From: Myxococcales bacterium
GTDB taxonomy: Bacteria > Myxococcota_A > Polyangia > Fen-1088
NCBI GenBank assembly: GCA_003158735.1
Contig: PMLB01000226.1
Span: 687 to 64,686, forward strand
Reading direction: 5' to 3'
DNA length: 64,000 nucleotides
Positions 53,033 to 63,977 of this stretch are shown here, one piece after another. Under the pieces are notes generated by a model. The model searched no databases and had not been told where the DNA came from. It saw only the letters and a list, made by a program, of their open reading frames with translations. Every line of letters begins with the position of its first letter. Position 1 is the stretch's first letter. Made by a program: the position numbers and the translations under genes.

Positions 53033-54076
53033 TCAGCGGCTCCCGTAGTTGAGTTCGATCCAGCGTCGATATTCGCCGGTGCGCACGGAATCGATCCAGG
53101 CGCGATTGGCGAGATACCAGCGCACCGTCTTGCGCAGTCCGCTCTCGAAACTCTCGCGCGGTTTCCAGCCCAGCTCCGCCTCGATGCGAGAGGAATCGAT
53201 GGCGTAGCGCAGATCGTGTCCCGGCCGGTCGGGGACATGACGGACCAGTCCCACAAGTTCTGCCTCGGGCGCCCCGCTTTCCTCGGCGATGAGAAGGCAC
53301 AGCTTTTTCACTACGTCGATATTGCGCTGCTCGCTGCGGCCGCCGACGTTGTAGGTGCGGCCGTTCTGGCCCGCGTTGATGATGACCCAGATGGCCTCGC
53401 AGTGATCCTCGACGTAGAGCCAGTCGCGCACGTTGAGTCCCTGGCCGTAGACCGGCAAGGGTTTGCGTTCCAGCAGATTCAGGATCAACAGGGGAATCAA
53501 TTTCTCGGGAAACTGCAGCGGCCCGTAGTTGTTCGAGCAGTTGCTCACCCGCACCGGCAGGCCGAAGGTGCGGTGCCAGGCGCGCACCAGGTGATCGCTC
53601 GATGCCTTGGACGCGGAATAGGGGCTCGACGGATCGTAGCGGGTTTCTTCGTGGAACAGGCCGGTCGCTCCCAGCGAGCCAAACACCTCGTCGGTAGAGA
53701 CGTGATGCAAAAGTCCCTGGCCGGGCGGCCACAGTTCGCGGCAGGCTTCCAGCAGATTGAAGGTGCCTTCGACGTTGGTGCGCAGGAAGGCCCGCGGTCC
53801 CGTGATCGAGCGATCCACGTGGCTCTCGGCCGCAAAATGCACCACCACGTCGGGCTTGTGCTGGGCAAACACGGCCCGCAGCGCCGAGAAATCGCACAGG
53901 TCGACCCGTTCGAAGGTGTAGTTGGGCCGGTTGGCCACCGCCTCCAGGCTGCCCAGATTGGCCGCGTAGGTCAGCGCGTCCAGGTTGACGAAGTGGTGTT
54001 CGGGGTGTCGCGGCACCAAGAGATTGAGGAAGTTCGCGCCGATGAAGCCAGCGCCGCCAGTTACCAGGATTCGCAT
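53033..54076 (-). CDS. rfbB: dTDP-glucose 4,6-dehydratase
   Basis: Motifs [37 protein letters not shown] and NNYGP. Confidence 0.9.
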   Translation of the reverse strand: MRILVTGGAGFIGANFLNLLVPRHPEHHFVNLDALTYAANLGSLEAVANRPNYTFERVDLCDFSALRAVFAQHKPDVVVHFAAESHVDRSITGPRAFLRTNVEGTFNLLEACRELWPPGQGLLHHVSTDEVFGSLGATGLFHEETRYDPSSPYSASKASSDHLVRAWHRTFGLPVRVSNCSNNYGPLQFPEKLIPLLILNLLERKPLPVYGQGLNVRDWLYVEDHCEAIWVIINAGQNGRTYNVGGRSEQRNIDVVKKLCLLIAEESGAPEAELVGLVRHVPDRPGHDLRYAIDSSRIEAELGWKPRESFESGLRKTVRWYLANRAWIDSVRTGEYRRWIELNYGSR

Positions 54077-54416
54077 GTTTGGGGGGTGGGGGAGTCAATC
54101 TCCCAAGCCCACACCATAACTCATGCCGCGTGGACTGGGTACCTACGGCTTGTCTGGAAATTCGGGGGCGCTGGCTAGGTCGAATCGCGGCTAGCGGGTC
54201 GCGGCTAGCGAGAGCGTGAGCGGGACGGGGGCGCTCACCCCACAAGGGGGCTTCGGGACGGACAACCCACCCTGCCCACCCCTCGCGCTTCGCGCTCGCC
54301 CGTCGCCCTCACGCAAGTCCCGCACGCTAGCCGCTGCACGCAGCCCGCTCCCGCTCCCGCTACCGCTACCGCTCACGCGGGCCGATCTGCGCCGGGAATT
54401 TCCCGACAAGCCGTAC

Positions 54417-55883
54417 CTAGCGCTTGTCTCCCGGCGAGCCCTCAAGCGGCACCCGGACCGTGACCGAGGTTCCCTGCCCGGGCGTGCCCTTCACTTCGAC
54501 CACGCCGCCGAGAAGCGCCGCGCGTTCGCGCATGCCGAGCAGGCCCAGCGAATCGGGACGGCGGATCTCCTCCTCGGTAATGCCGCGACCATTGTCGCGT
54601 ACCTCCAGAGTCAGGCAGGCGTCCTCGTCGATCATCAGATCGATGCTGACGTGGGTGGCCCCAGCGTGGCGGGCCACGTTGGTCAAAGCTTCCTGACACA
54701 TGCGGAACACGACCGTGCCTCGTTCCGCCGCAACCATGACGTTGCTGGGCACTGACACCGCGCATTCGATGCCGGTGCGGGTTGCGAAGTCGTGTGCGAG
54801 CCATTCCATCGCGGCGCCCAGACCCAAATCATCCAGGATGCTGGGGCGCAGTTCCGCGGAGATGCGGCGTACCGTCTTGACAGTCTCCTTGACCAGGGTC
54901 ACCAGCGCCGACACCCGCGCGGCGGCCTGCGCATTGTCTTTGGGGAGCTGCTTCTCCAGAAACGCAAGGTCCATGCTCATGCAAGTGAGAGCCTGGCCCA
55001 GCTCGTCGTGGATCTCTCGCGCAATACGCACCCGCTCTTCTTCGCGCACGGATTCTACGTGGGCGGCCAGGGCGCGAAGCTGTTCGCGCTGGGCCCGCAG
55101 TTGCTCGTCGAGGCGCTGGCGCTCGGTGATGTCGCGCGAGAAGCCGGTGGTGCCGAGCACGTTGTCCCGCTTGTCGAGAACCGGCGTCTTGAAGGTCTCG
55201 AACCAACGGGAGGCGCTCTGAATGAAGATGGGCTCCTCCACGTCCTTTTGTTTGCGGGTCGCCATCACGCTGCGGTCGTCGTCGACATAGCGCTGCGCCA
55301 GTTCTATCGGCCATACATCGAAGTCGGTCAGGCCCACCACATCGCCTGAGCGCGCCCGGCCGCACGCGCGCGCGAAGGCCTCGTTGACAGCCAGGAAGCG
55401 GCCTTCGACGTCCTTCAGCCACACCAGGAAGGGGAAGTTGTCCAGCACGGCTCTCAGGTAGGCCTCGCGTTCGGCCAAGGCCTCCTGGGCGCGCACGCGA
55501 ACGCTCACGTCGCGAATGATGCCGACCACGGCCCGCACCTCGCCGCCCGCGGCCTTGAGCGGAACCAGGCGCGAGTCGATCCACACCGGCGTCTTGTGCA
55601 GTTCCTGATGCGTCTCGGTCACGACAATCTCGCCCGTGCGAAAGACCTGCTGGATGAAGCGACTGTGCCTCTCGGCCAGAGGGGGAGGAAACAGGGTGTT
55701 CAGCTTGCGCCCGATGAACTCGTCGGACGTTCCGCCCAAGGCGCGCGCAGCCAGGGCGTTGGCGTGCAGGACGCGTTCCTCCTGGTCGACGACGAAAATC
55801 ATGTCCGGGAAGATCTCGAGCACCGCTCCCAGCGAGCCGTCGCGCTTGCCCAGGTGTTCGGTCAGGTCGGCAATGGTGGCCAT
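54417..55883 (-). CDS. cytoplasmic PAS-PAS sensor histidine kinase (HisKA_3/NarL-partner type), no adjacent response regulator
   Basis: Two PAS-like segments. H-box ERVRIAREIHDELGQALT. HATPase motifs LTNVARHAGA, DNGRGI and GLLGMRERA. Confidence 0.85.
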   Translation of the reverse strand: MATIADLTEHLGKRDGSLGAVLEIFPDMIFVVDQEERVLHANALAARALGGTSDEFIGRKLNTLFPPPLAERHSRFIQQVFRTGEIVVTETHQELHKTPVWIDSRLVPLKAAGGEVRAVVGIIRDVSVRVRAQEALAEREAYLRAVLDNFPFLVWLKDVEGRFLAVNEAFARACGRARSGDVVGLTDFDVWPIELAQRYVDDDRSVMATRKQKDVEEPIFIQSASRWFETFKTPVLDKRDNVLGTTGFSRDITERQRLDEQLRAQREQLRALAAHVESVREEERVRIAREIHDELGQALTCMSMDLAFLEKQLPKDNAQAAARVSALVTLVKETVKTVRRISAELRPSILDDLGLGAAMEWLAHDFATRTGIECAVSVPSNVMVAAERGTVVFRMCQEALTNVARHAGATHVSIDLMIDEDACLTLEVRDNGRGITEEEIRRPDSLGLLGMRERAALLGGVVEVKGTPGQGTSVTVRVPLEGSPGDKR

Positions 55884-55913
55884 GGAAATTGTCCTGCCAT
55901 CCTGGGACTATTC

Positions 55914-56666
55914 CTATCGGCGCAAGGACGACAGCGCGGCAGCCGTGCGTTGGTAGATCTCTTCCGGCGCGCCCGCGGCCGACAGGGACACCAGCAGGCC
56001 CGCCTTCTGGTAGTAGTCCGTCAGGGGCGCGGTGCTGGTTTGGTAGGCCTGCATGCGCACCCGGATCGATTCCGGGCGATCATCCTCCCGCAGGACGAGC
56101 TGACCGCCACAGTTGTCGCACACGTCCGGGACTTTGGGGGGGCGGCCGGTGACGTGAAACACCGCCTTGCAGCCTGCGCAGGTGCGTCGGCCCGACAGCC
56201 GCGCGATCACCTGTTCGAGAGGCATATCGTAGCTCAAGACAGCGTCCAGTTTCACCCCCAGCTGAGTCAGCAGAACGTCCAGGGCCTCGGCCTGGCGCAC
56301 GGTGCGCGGAAAGCCGTCGAGGAGAAAGCCGGCCGGGCAGGTCATGCACCGGCTGCGCTCACGCACGATATTGATGACCGTGTCGTCGGGCACCAACTCG
56401 CCCCGCTGCATGCACGCCAGGGCCTGGGTGATGGCCGGCGTGCGCTCGCTGGCGGGCAGCGACTTGGCGGCGCGAAACACATCTCCTGTCGACAGGTGAC
56501 AGGGCCGCAGGCGCTGGCTTATGAGTTCGGCCTGGGTGCCCTTGCCGACACCCGGAGCCCCGAGCAAGACCAGGCGAAAAGGCCGATCGGGTGGCGACGA
56601 GTCGATGCTGCACTCGACGCTTGCACCCTTAAACCACGCGGCGCGATCCAAGTCTTGCGCTGTCAT
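55914..56666 (-). CDS. adk: adenylate kinase (zinc-lid type) with about 30-aa N-terminal extension
   Basis: P-loop LLGAPGVGKGTQ. Motifs LSTGDVFR and GFPRT. Lid cysteines CAGC…CDNCG. Confidence 0.85.
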   Translation of the reverse strand: MTAQDLDRAAWFKGASVECSIDSSPPDRPFRLVLLGAPGVGKGTQAELISQRLRPCHLSTGDVFRAAKSLPASERTPAITQALACMQRGELVPDDTVINIVRERSRCMTCPAGFLLDGFPRTVRQAEALDVLLTQLGVKLDAVLSYDMPLEQVIARLSGRRTCAGCKAVFHVTGRPPKVPDVCDNCGGQLVLREDDRPESIRVRMQAYQTSTAPLTDYYQKAGLLVSLSAAGAPEEIYQRTAAALSSLRR

Positions 56667-56687
56667 CTTGGCCGGAAGGATACCGCA

Positions 56688-57650
56688 TTAGTGTCCGGGC
56701 GTCGCGGGAGCTGGCGGAGGCGCGCCCGGACTTGGGCCTGGGCTGCGCTTGTCCGGGGCGGCGGTCGATGGGCCGGAACTTGGCAGGGGCAGCGTTAGCT
56801 TTGCCAGCTGCGCCTCATCAATCTCGATATTCGCCCTTTTTCGGACGTCTGCGATGAGGGCGTTGCGTTTTTGTTGGCGGCCTTCGTAGGTCAGGCGCGA
56901 CTGAATATCCGACTTGGCCTCGGCCAGCGATCTGGAAAAGCCCGGCTGCTTTTGGTGGAGGACAACGATGGTGTAGCCGCTCTCCGTCTGAATGGGATCG
57001 GACACGTCATTGACCTGGGCCAGCGCGAAAGCGGCGTCCTCCACGGCCTTGGGCAAGCTGGAGGCGTTGCGCTCGATGAGACCCGAGTCGCCGCCGCGCG
57101 CGCGCGCGGCTTCGTCTTCGGAGTCCTTGGCCACCAGTGCCCGCAGGGCAGACATATTTCCTTTGGGCAGAGCCTTGGCTTCTGCGGCGACTTTCACGGC
57201 CTTGTTCCGGTCTTTCACCACGATCTGTGTGAACCTCACCTGCTCGAGCCGCGAGAACTCCTTGGGATGGGCCAGGTAGTACTGTTCCACGTCGGTGTCG
57301 CTGATATCCTGTGTGTTCACCCGCGAATCGACCTCTTTCATCAGCATGCGATTCACCACATCACGCTTCACAGCCGGGTCGCGGTCGTAGCCCAGCCGGC
57401 GGGCCTCCTGATAGAGCGCCTCGGCTTGGATCAGGCCGTTGAGCACCTCCTTCTTCTTTTCGGGTTTTGAGTAGTGCTCCATGAGGTACTTGGAGTGGCC
57501 GAAGAAGGTGACCTGCGCTTCCAAATCACGGGCGGTAATGACACTATCGCCCACCCGTGCCAGAACCGCGGTACCGTCCCCCGGGGACCGGTTGTGGCAG
57601 CCGAAGGTTAGCGTCAGGGTGAGGGAAAGGCAGAAATGGAATGGTCGCAT
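56688..57650 (-). CDS. parvulin-type peptidyl-prolyl isomerase lipoprotein (SurA/PrsA-like)
   Basis: Lipobox LTFGC. SurA-N-like region followed by the PpiC segment ARARGGDSGLIERNASSLPKAVEDAAFAL…SGYTIVVLHQ. Confidence 0.8.
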   Translation of the reverse strand: MRPFHFCLSLTLTLTFGCHNRSPGDGTAVLARVGDSVITARDLEAQVTFFGHSKYLMEHYSKPEKKKEVLNGLIQAEALYQEARRLGYDRDPAVKRDVVNRMLMKEVDSRVNTQDISDTDVEQYYLAHPKEFSRLEQVRFTQIVVKDRNKAVKVAAEAKALPKGNMSALRALVAKDSEDEAARARGGDSGLIERNASSLPKAVEDAAFALAQVNDVSDPIQTESGYTIVVLHQKQPGFSRSLAEAKSDIQSRLTYEGRQQKRNALIADVRKRANIEIDEAQLAKLTLPLPSSGPSTAAPDKRSPGPSPGAPPPAPATPGH

Positions 57651-57883
57651 GGCCCCGCATGATACACGGACCAGAGCCTGTTGGCGCTAGGCATAGCCTT
57701 AACAAGCGGCGGAAGCCTTGTCGGCCTATTATCAAGGGGTGAGCCTGGCCTTTCTCATCTCGGCTGTCACGCCAGCCGCCGATGCTGGCGCCGCGGTTCG
57801 GTTAGCTGCCGAGGTGTCGATCTGGACTGTCGGAGATCTCGCAGACCCATGGGTGGATGGCGCGATCGCTCGCATGACGTTCG

Positions 57884-58603
57884 GTGCCTGCGAAAGGTGA
57901 CGGCGTGAGCGAGAAGTCTCGACCGCGCCTTGCGGGTGCGCAGTCCCCGCTTCTGATTGCCTGGCTGGCAGGCCTGGGGCTGGTGCTGACAACCCAGGCA
58001 GCGGTCGGGGAAGAGGCAGGCAGCGGGGCAGGGGACGCACCGACGTCGCCGTCACTGGAAGGAAGCACAGCGCCCAGGACTTCCAGGGACCGCTTGGGCA
58101 AGCGACATGGGCGGCGCAGACAGCGGACAGCGGTCGCCCCGCGCCTGGCCGGCCTGGCAGCGACGCGCGGAGAGGTCGCGGACGTGGCCCATCTTCACGG
58201 TGTGGCGCCCATCGAACCGGCTGACCGCGTGGCTGCGGCGTCCGAGCACCGGGTCAGGATCTTGAAGCCGGACAAGCCGCCCGAATCGGCGCCCCCGGCC
58301 GCGCCTGCGGTCGCGGCGGCCCCGTCGACGCTGGACGAGAGTATCGTAAAGGAGATATCCCAGCGCAAGATTCTGTTCCGCATGTGCTATGAGCCGGCCC
58401 GGCGGCGGGGCGTGACGGCAACCCGCGCTGATGTGAAATGGATCTTGGTGGCCGACGGAAGCGTGCGCGATGTCGAGGTCGCGGTGGCCCAGGATGCGCA
58501 GTTGGCGAATTGCATCCGCGCTGTCGCCTCGCGCCCCTTTCCTAGCGGCGTCGGGCAGGACATACCGGTGGCGATTCCGTTGCTCTTCGTGGGGATGCGG
58601 TAG
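57884..58603 (+). CDS. secreted/anchored AgmX/PglI-type C-terminal-domain protein
   Basis: GTG start per the track; the start is uncertain. C-terminus ILFRMCYEPARRRGVTATRADVKWILVADGSVRDVEVAVAQDAQLANCIRAVASRPFPSGVGQDIPVAIPLLF, paralogous in type to 30020..30625. Confidence 0.55.
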   Translation: MPAKGDGVSEKSRPRLAGAQSPLLIAWLAGLGLVLTTQAAVGEEAGSGAGDAPTSPSLEGSTAPRTSRDRLGKRHGRRRQRTAVAPRLAGLAATRGEVADVAHLHGVAPIEPADRVAAASEHRVRILKPDKPPESAPPAAPAVAAAPSTLDESIVKEISQRKILFRMCYEPARRRGVTATRADVKWILVADGSVRDVEVAVAQDAQLANCIRAVASRPFPSGVGQDIPVAIPLLFVGMR

Positions 58604-61090
<2,487 letters not shown>

Positions 61091-61176
61091 GATCGGCTAC
61101 CACGCTAGCACGGAGACCCGTGCGCCGCAGCAAGCGCTGCAACAGCTTGTTCTGCTGTTCGTGCACCAGGGATGGA

Positions 61177-61195
61177 GTATGATATATTGTCATAC
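61177..61195 (+). promoter_or_regulatory. inverted repeat (probable antitoxin operator) over an AT-rich -10-like stretch
   Basis: GTATGA-TATATTG-TCATAC ends 1 nt before the antitoxin ATG (61197). Confidence 0.45.
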
Positions 61196-61196
61196 C

Positions 61197-61439
61197 ATGG
61201 CAAAGGCAAAAGTGGCCGTGACAATCGACGCTCGGATTCTCGGAGATCTGGATGCCCTCATCGCCGCGGACCGATTCCCAAATCGAAGCCAAGCCGTCGA
61301 GGCAGCTCTGGCCGACAAGATCAATCGACTCAAACATACCAGGCTGGCGCGTGAGGCGGCAAAGCTGGATGTAAAACAGGAACAGGCAGAGGCCGATGAA
61401 GGTCTCGCAATGGATGCGGCGGCATGGCCCAAATACTGA
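61197..61439 (+). CDS. ribbon-helix-helix antitoxin partner of the MazF/PemK toxin
   Basis: Internal start MAKAKVAVTIDARILGDLDALIAADRFPNRSQAVEAAL. Overlaps the toxin gene by 16 nt. Confidence 0.7.
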   Translation: MAKAKVAVTIDARILGDLDALIAADRFPNRSQAVEAALADKINRLKHTRLAREAAKLDVKQEQAEADEGLAMDAAAWPKY

Positions 61440-61762
61440 GAGGCGACATCCGCTGGGCGGAACTGAACCCCGTCCGCGGTCATGAGCAAGCGGGCACGCG
61501 TCCCGTCTTGATCCTGAGCCACGATGTGTTCAACGAGCGATCCGGCACGGTGATCGCTATGGCCATGACCAGCCAAGAACCTCGCGCCGGTTTTCCATTG
61601 ACCTTGGAATGCAAGGCACCGGGGCTCGCAAAACGTTCGTGGATCAAGATCAGTCAAGTGCGCACGCTCTCGGTGGCGAGAATCGGGAAGAAACTGGCTC
61701 GCGCTTCGGAGGAAGAAATGGCGCAAGTGATCGAGGGGCTCAACGAAATCATCGCCGAGTGA
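61424..61762 (+). CDS. mazF: MazF/PemK-family endoribonuclease toxin
   Basis: LRGDIRWAELNPVRGHEQAGTRPVLILSHDVFNERSGTVIAMAMTSQ is a typical family signature. Confidence 0.85.
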   Translation: MAQILRGDIRWAELNPVRGHEQAGTRPVLILSHDVFNERSGTVIAMAMTSQEPRAGFPLTLECKAPGLAKRSWIKISQVRTLSVARIGKKLARASEEEMAQVIEGLNEIIAE

Positions 61763-61781
61763 ATCGGCATCACGATTTGCC

Positions 61782-61818
61782 GTTGACCCGCGGGCCGAAG
61801 GGCCGTCGGGTTCAAGCC
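61782..61818. repeat. REP-like GC-rich hairpin, copy 1; probable bidirectional terminator between convergent mazF and vapC
   Basis: GTTGACCCGCGGGCCGAAGGGCCGTCGGGTTCAAGCC. The stem is AACCCGCGGGCC/GGCCGtCGGGTT. It nearly fills the 57-nt gap between the two stop codons. Confidence 0.7.
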
Positions 61819-61819
61819 T

Positions 61820-62251
61820 TCATGGAACCAATTCAAGGGCCTGAGAAAGGCGAGGGCCAATTCGTATGGCACCAAGGTCGCGGCGATCGGTCGTCAAGAC
61901 TCGGTAAACGCGCCGTCGTTCGGCAACTGCGGCAACGGTGCCATCAACCAAGCCGAGGTCGAGCCCTGCGAATCTTGCATCCAGTTCTAGGGATCTGGCG
62001 ATGTCGGCCGGAAGCGGTAGTTCATACTCGTATCGTGTTCCTGGATCGAAGATATCTGCGACCAGCCTTCTCATGGCTGCACGGTTGTCTCTGAGAAAGT
62101 AGTCAACCTCGGCGAGAACGAGCCCGGGAACGATCACCGAACTCGCTGACGTTAGCGCCTCCTGGTACTCCGGAAAGCTTGGCGCGCCCTCTCGGTCGCA
62201 GGCGAGTGCGCGGAGGAGTCCACCGGTATCTGCGACAAGCGCCGATTTCAA
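61820..62251 (-). CDS. vapC: PIN-domain toxin (VapC-type)
   Basis: 143 aa. Motifs LVADTGGLL, VLAEVDYF, LVDGTVAAVAE and VLTTDRRD. 4-nt overlap with the upstream antitoxin gene. Confidence 0.8.
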   Translation of the reverse strand: MKSALVADTGGLLRALACDREGAPSFPEYQEALTSASSVIVPGLVLAEVDYFLRDNRAAMRRLVADIFDPGTRYEYELPLPADIARSLELDARFAGLDLGLVDGTVAAVAERRRVYRVLTTDRRDLGAIRIGPRLSQALELVP

Positions 62252-62475
62252 TCCTTGAGATCCTTGAAAAGTAGAGACTCGTCGCCGAGTTTGCTGTCGG
62301 TCGACTCGAATAGACCGGTCGTGGGGGGCCGGCGGCCCGAGTAGTACCGTGAGGCCACAACGCGCAACCCCTTTCGGACAAGCTCGGAAGCCGTATGCCC
62401 TGCAGCACGAGCCTTCTTCAAAGCCCGGACATCATCCTCTTCTAGTCGAACCGTGGTCGAAGTAAGACGCGCCAT
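62248..62475 (-). CDS. vapB: ribbon-helix-helix antitoxin (VapB-type)
   Basis: Internal start MARLTSTTVRLEEDDVRALKKARAAGHTASELVRKGL. Confidence 0.7.
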   Translation of the reverse strand: MARLTSTTVRLEEDDVRALKKARAAGHTASELVRKGLRVVASRYYSGRRPPTTGLFESTDSKLGDESLLFKDLKD

Positions 62476-62593
62476 ACACTCACCATACAGCGCAAAGGCA
62501 GCCAAGGCAACGCTTCGTCGCATCGGCCTACTTGCCAAACTCGGATTCGTTCAAGTCCGTCAACGTCGACCGCTAAGAAAACAGGCTCGTCGT

Positions 62594-62824
62594 TCATTTC
62601 GCGAGCTTGCGGAATGTCTCAGCATGGCGGCGCAACGCGCGCGCTTGCACCTTCGCTAGTCGTCCGCGTCCCGAGCGCTCGCTCTCAAGCGGCGTGATGA
62701 TGAGGCGCTTTCCGTCAGTCTTGAGGTCCAGGTCGGTCTCCTGCGTGATCCCGAGCAGGTCCAAAATGGGCCGATCGATGATAATCCCTGCACTGTTTCC
62801 GATGGCCTGCAAGCGCTTCGTCAT
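62594..62824 (-). CDS. AbrB/MazE/SpoVT-type DNA-binding antitoxin-like protein, no recognisable toxin partner
   Basis: Internal start MTKRLQAIGNSAGIIIDRPILDLLGI (swapped-hairpin motif). 76 aa. Confidence 0.65.
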   Translation of the reverse strand: MTKRLQAIGNSAGIIIDRPILDLLGITQETDLDLKTDGKRLIITPLESERSGRGRLAKVQARALRRHAETFRKLAK

Positions 62825-62941
62825 GACGTGAGTATGAACGATGTTCACAACATCGTCCAGCGCGGCGTCTGCCGAACGCTTTGCCGATAAGCGGCGGGCG
62901 TAGCCCGTCCGCTTCATCGGCATGTTATGCGGTGCGCCTAG

Positions 62942-63625
62942 TCAAACACCGCCATTCCGTCTCCGGTGAAGGAAGGTGCTGCGTTGAAATGCAGGATTAT
63001 GCGGTTCGTGGGTAACTCGCTGACATCGAGCACAGTTCCTTCGACCAAGTGATCGATGGCCTCGCGGTATGGGTTGACCGTACCACTTTGAACATCTCCG
63101 GCAAACCGGTGATGATCGAAGCGGGACATGCACCCGCGAGCTACGAATCTGCAACGGCGAACACGTGATGTTCACGAACCTGGCTTCGAGCTCGCGGGTG
63201 TGCCTTTGCCCGTAACGAATACTCAGGAAAGCCGCTCCACCGGCTCTCCATATTGCCTTCGCTGGGCGCGGCTCTGCATGTCCCGACCCGATCCTAAATC
63301 CTGGAGGTCCCCATGCAAGAAGAAGCGTTTCCGTCTTGATGCGGGCAACAATCTCTGGGCGACGGTCGCGCGCCCAGGCGGGATACTCCTGCCGCGCTTC
63401 CTCGGACGCAAAGTAGATTATGTGGTGGGCGGGGCCCACCAGCATCTCGCCGTCGATTGGAATTCGCTGCCACTTCCCGTCGACAAGTTCTTCATAGTAC
63501 ATCCCGTCCCGCCCGACATGTCCCACGCGCCATCCACGGTGTCGGGATGTAGAGGCGCGAAAACCGGTTCTCACGATGACGAAGAGAATCACTCCAGCAG
63601 CGAGAATCAGAAATGTGGTCTTCAT
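62942..63625 (-). CDS. hypothetical N-terminally anchored protein; 3' part uncertain (possible frameshift or two genes)
   Basis: MKTTFLILAAGVILFVIVRTG forms a TM helix, followed by protein-like sequence up to about EIVARIKTE. The last about 90 codons are Arg/Cys-rich and unconvincing. A different frame (62938..63129) encodes a protein-like 63-aa ORF. Confidence 0.35.
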   Translation of the reverse strand: MKTTFLILAAGVILFVIVRTGFRASTSRHRGWRVGHVGRDGMYYEELVDGKWQRIPIDGEMLVGPAHHIIYFASEEARQEYPAWARDRRPEIVARIKTETLLLAWGPPGFRIGSGHAEPRPAKAIWRAGGAAFLSIRYGQRHTRELEARFVNITCSPLQIRSSRVHVPLRSSPVCRRCSKWYGQPIPRGHRSLGRRNCARCQRVTHEPHNPAFQRSTFLHRRRNGGV

Positions 63626-63659
63626 CGAAAAGTCACGGCTGTCTGTCCGACGGCCTGGC

Positions 63660-63697
63660 GTTAACCCGCGGGCCGAAGGCCCGTCGGGTTCAACGCC
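63660..63697. repeat. REP-like GC-rich hairpin, copy 2 (same orientation as copy 1)
   Basis: GTTAACCCGCGGGCCGAAGGCCCGTCGGGTTCAACGCC. It overlaps the stop codon of the RHH antitoxin gene. Confidence 0.7.
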
Positions 63698-63977
63698 GGG
63701 TTAGCCCGCCCTTCTTGTGTATGCGCTTCAAGTACGCCGGGGGAATCTCATCACCGGCAATCGGGGGACCCTTCGGAATCCTCGCCAGTACGCCGTCGAA
63801 CTTGTCTCGCGACGCGCGGCTCGCTCGACCGAGCAGGTATTCTTGAGTCATCAACGCGGCCGCCTTCTCGGCGGCAGCCGAGCTGATCAACTGGTTCAAC
63901 GACACCCCCTCGCTCTCGGCAAGATCGGACAGTTTGCGGTGAAGCGATACAGGAAGCCTGAGACTGAGCGTGGACAT
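63690..63977 (-). CDS. ribbon-helix-helix antitoxin (HicB/Arc-like C-terminal type)
   Basis: MSTLSLRLPVSLHRKLSDLAESEGVSLNQLISSAAAEKAA. Any partner would lie beyond the window end. Confidence 0.65.
   Translation of the reverse strand: MSTLSLRLPVSLHRKLSDLAESEGVSLNQLISSAAAEKAAALMTQEYLLGRASRASRDKFDGVLARIPKGPPIAGDEIPPAYLKRIHKKGGLTRR

Noticed and set aside
53031-54245. Upstream about 400 codons of the 698-aa track ORF 52149..54245
   Set aside because: Only the part from [16 protein letters not shown] onward (52149..53030) is rfbA. The upstream extension overlaps rfbB in another frame and is Arg/Pro-rich.
61782-61818. Integron attC site or tRNA 3' fragment (att site) interpretation of the GC hairpins
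   Set aside because: The core-like heptamers are in the wrong order for attC (GTTRRRY-like first, RYYYAAC last). The element is shorter than known attC sites and no intI is present. GGGTTCAAGCC resembles a T-loop, but no complementary T-stem or acceptor sequence exists.
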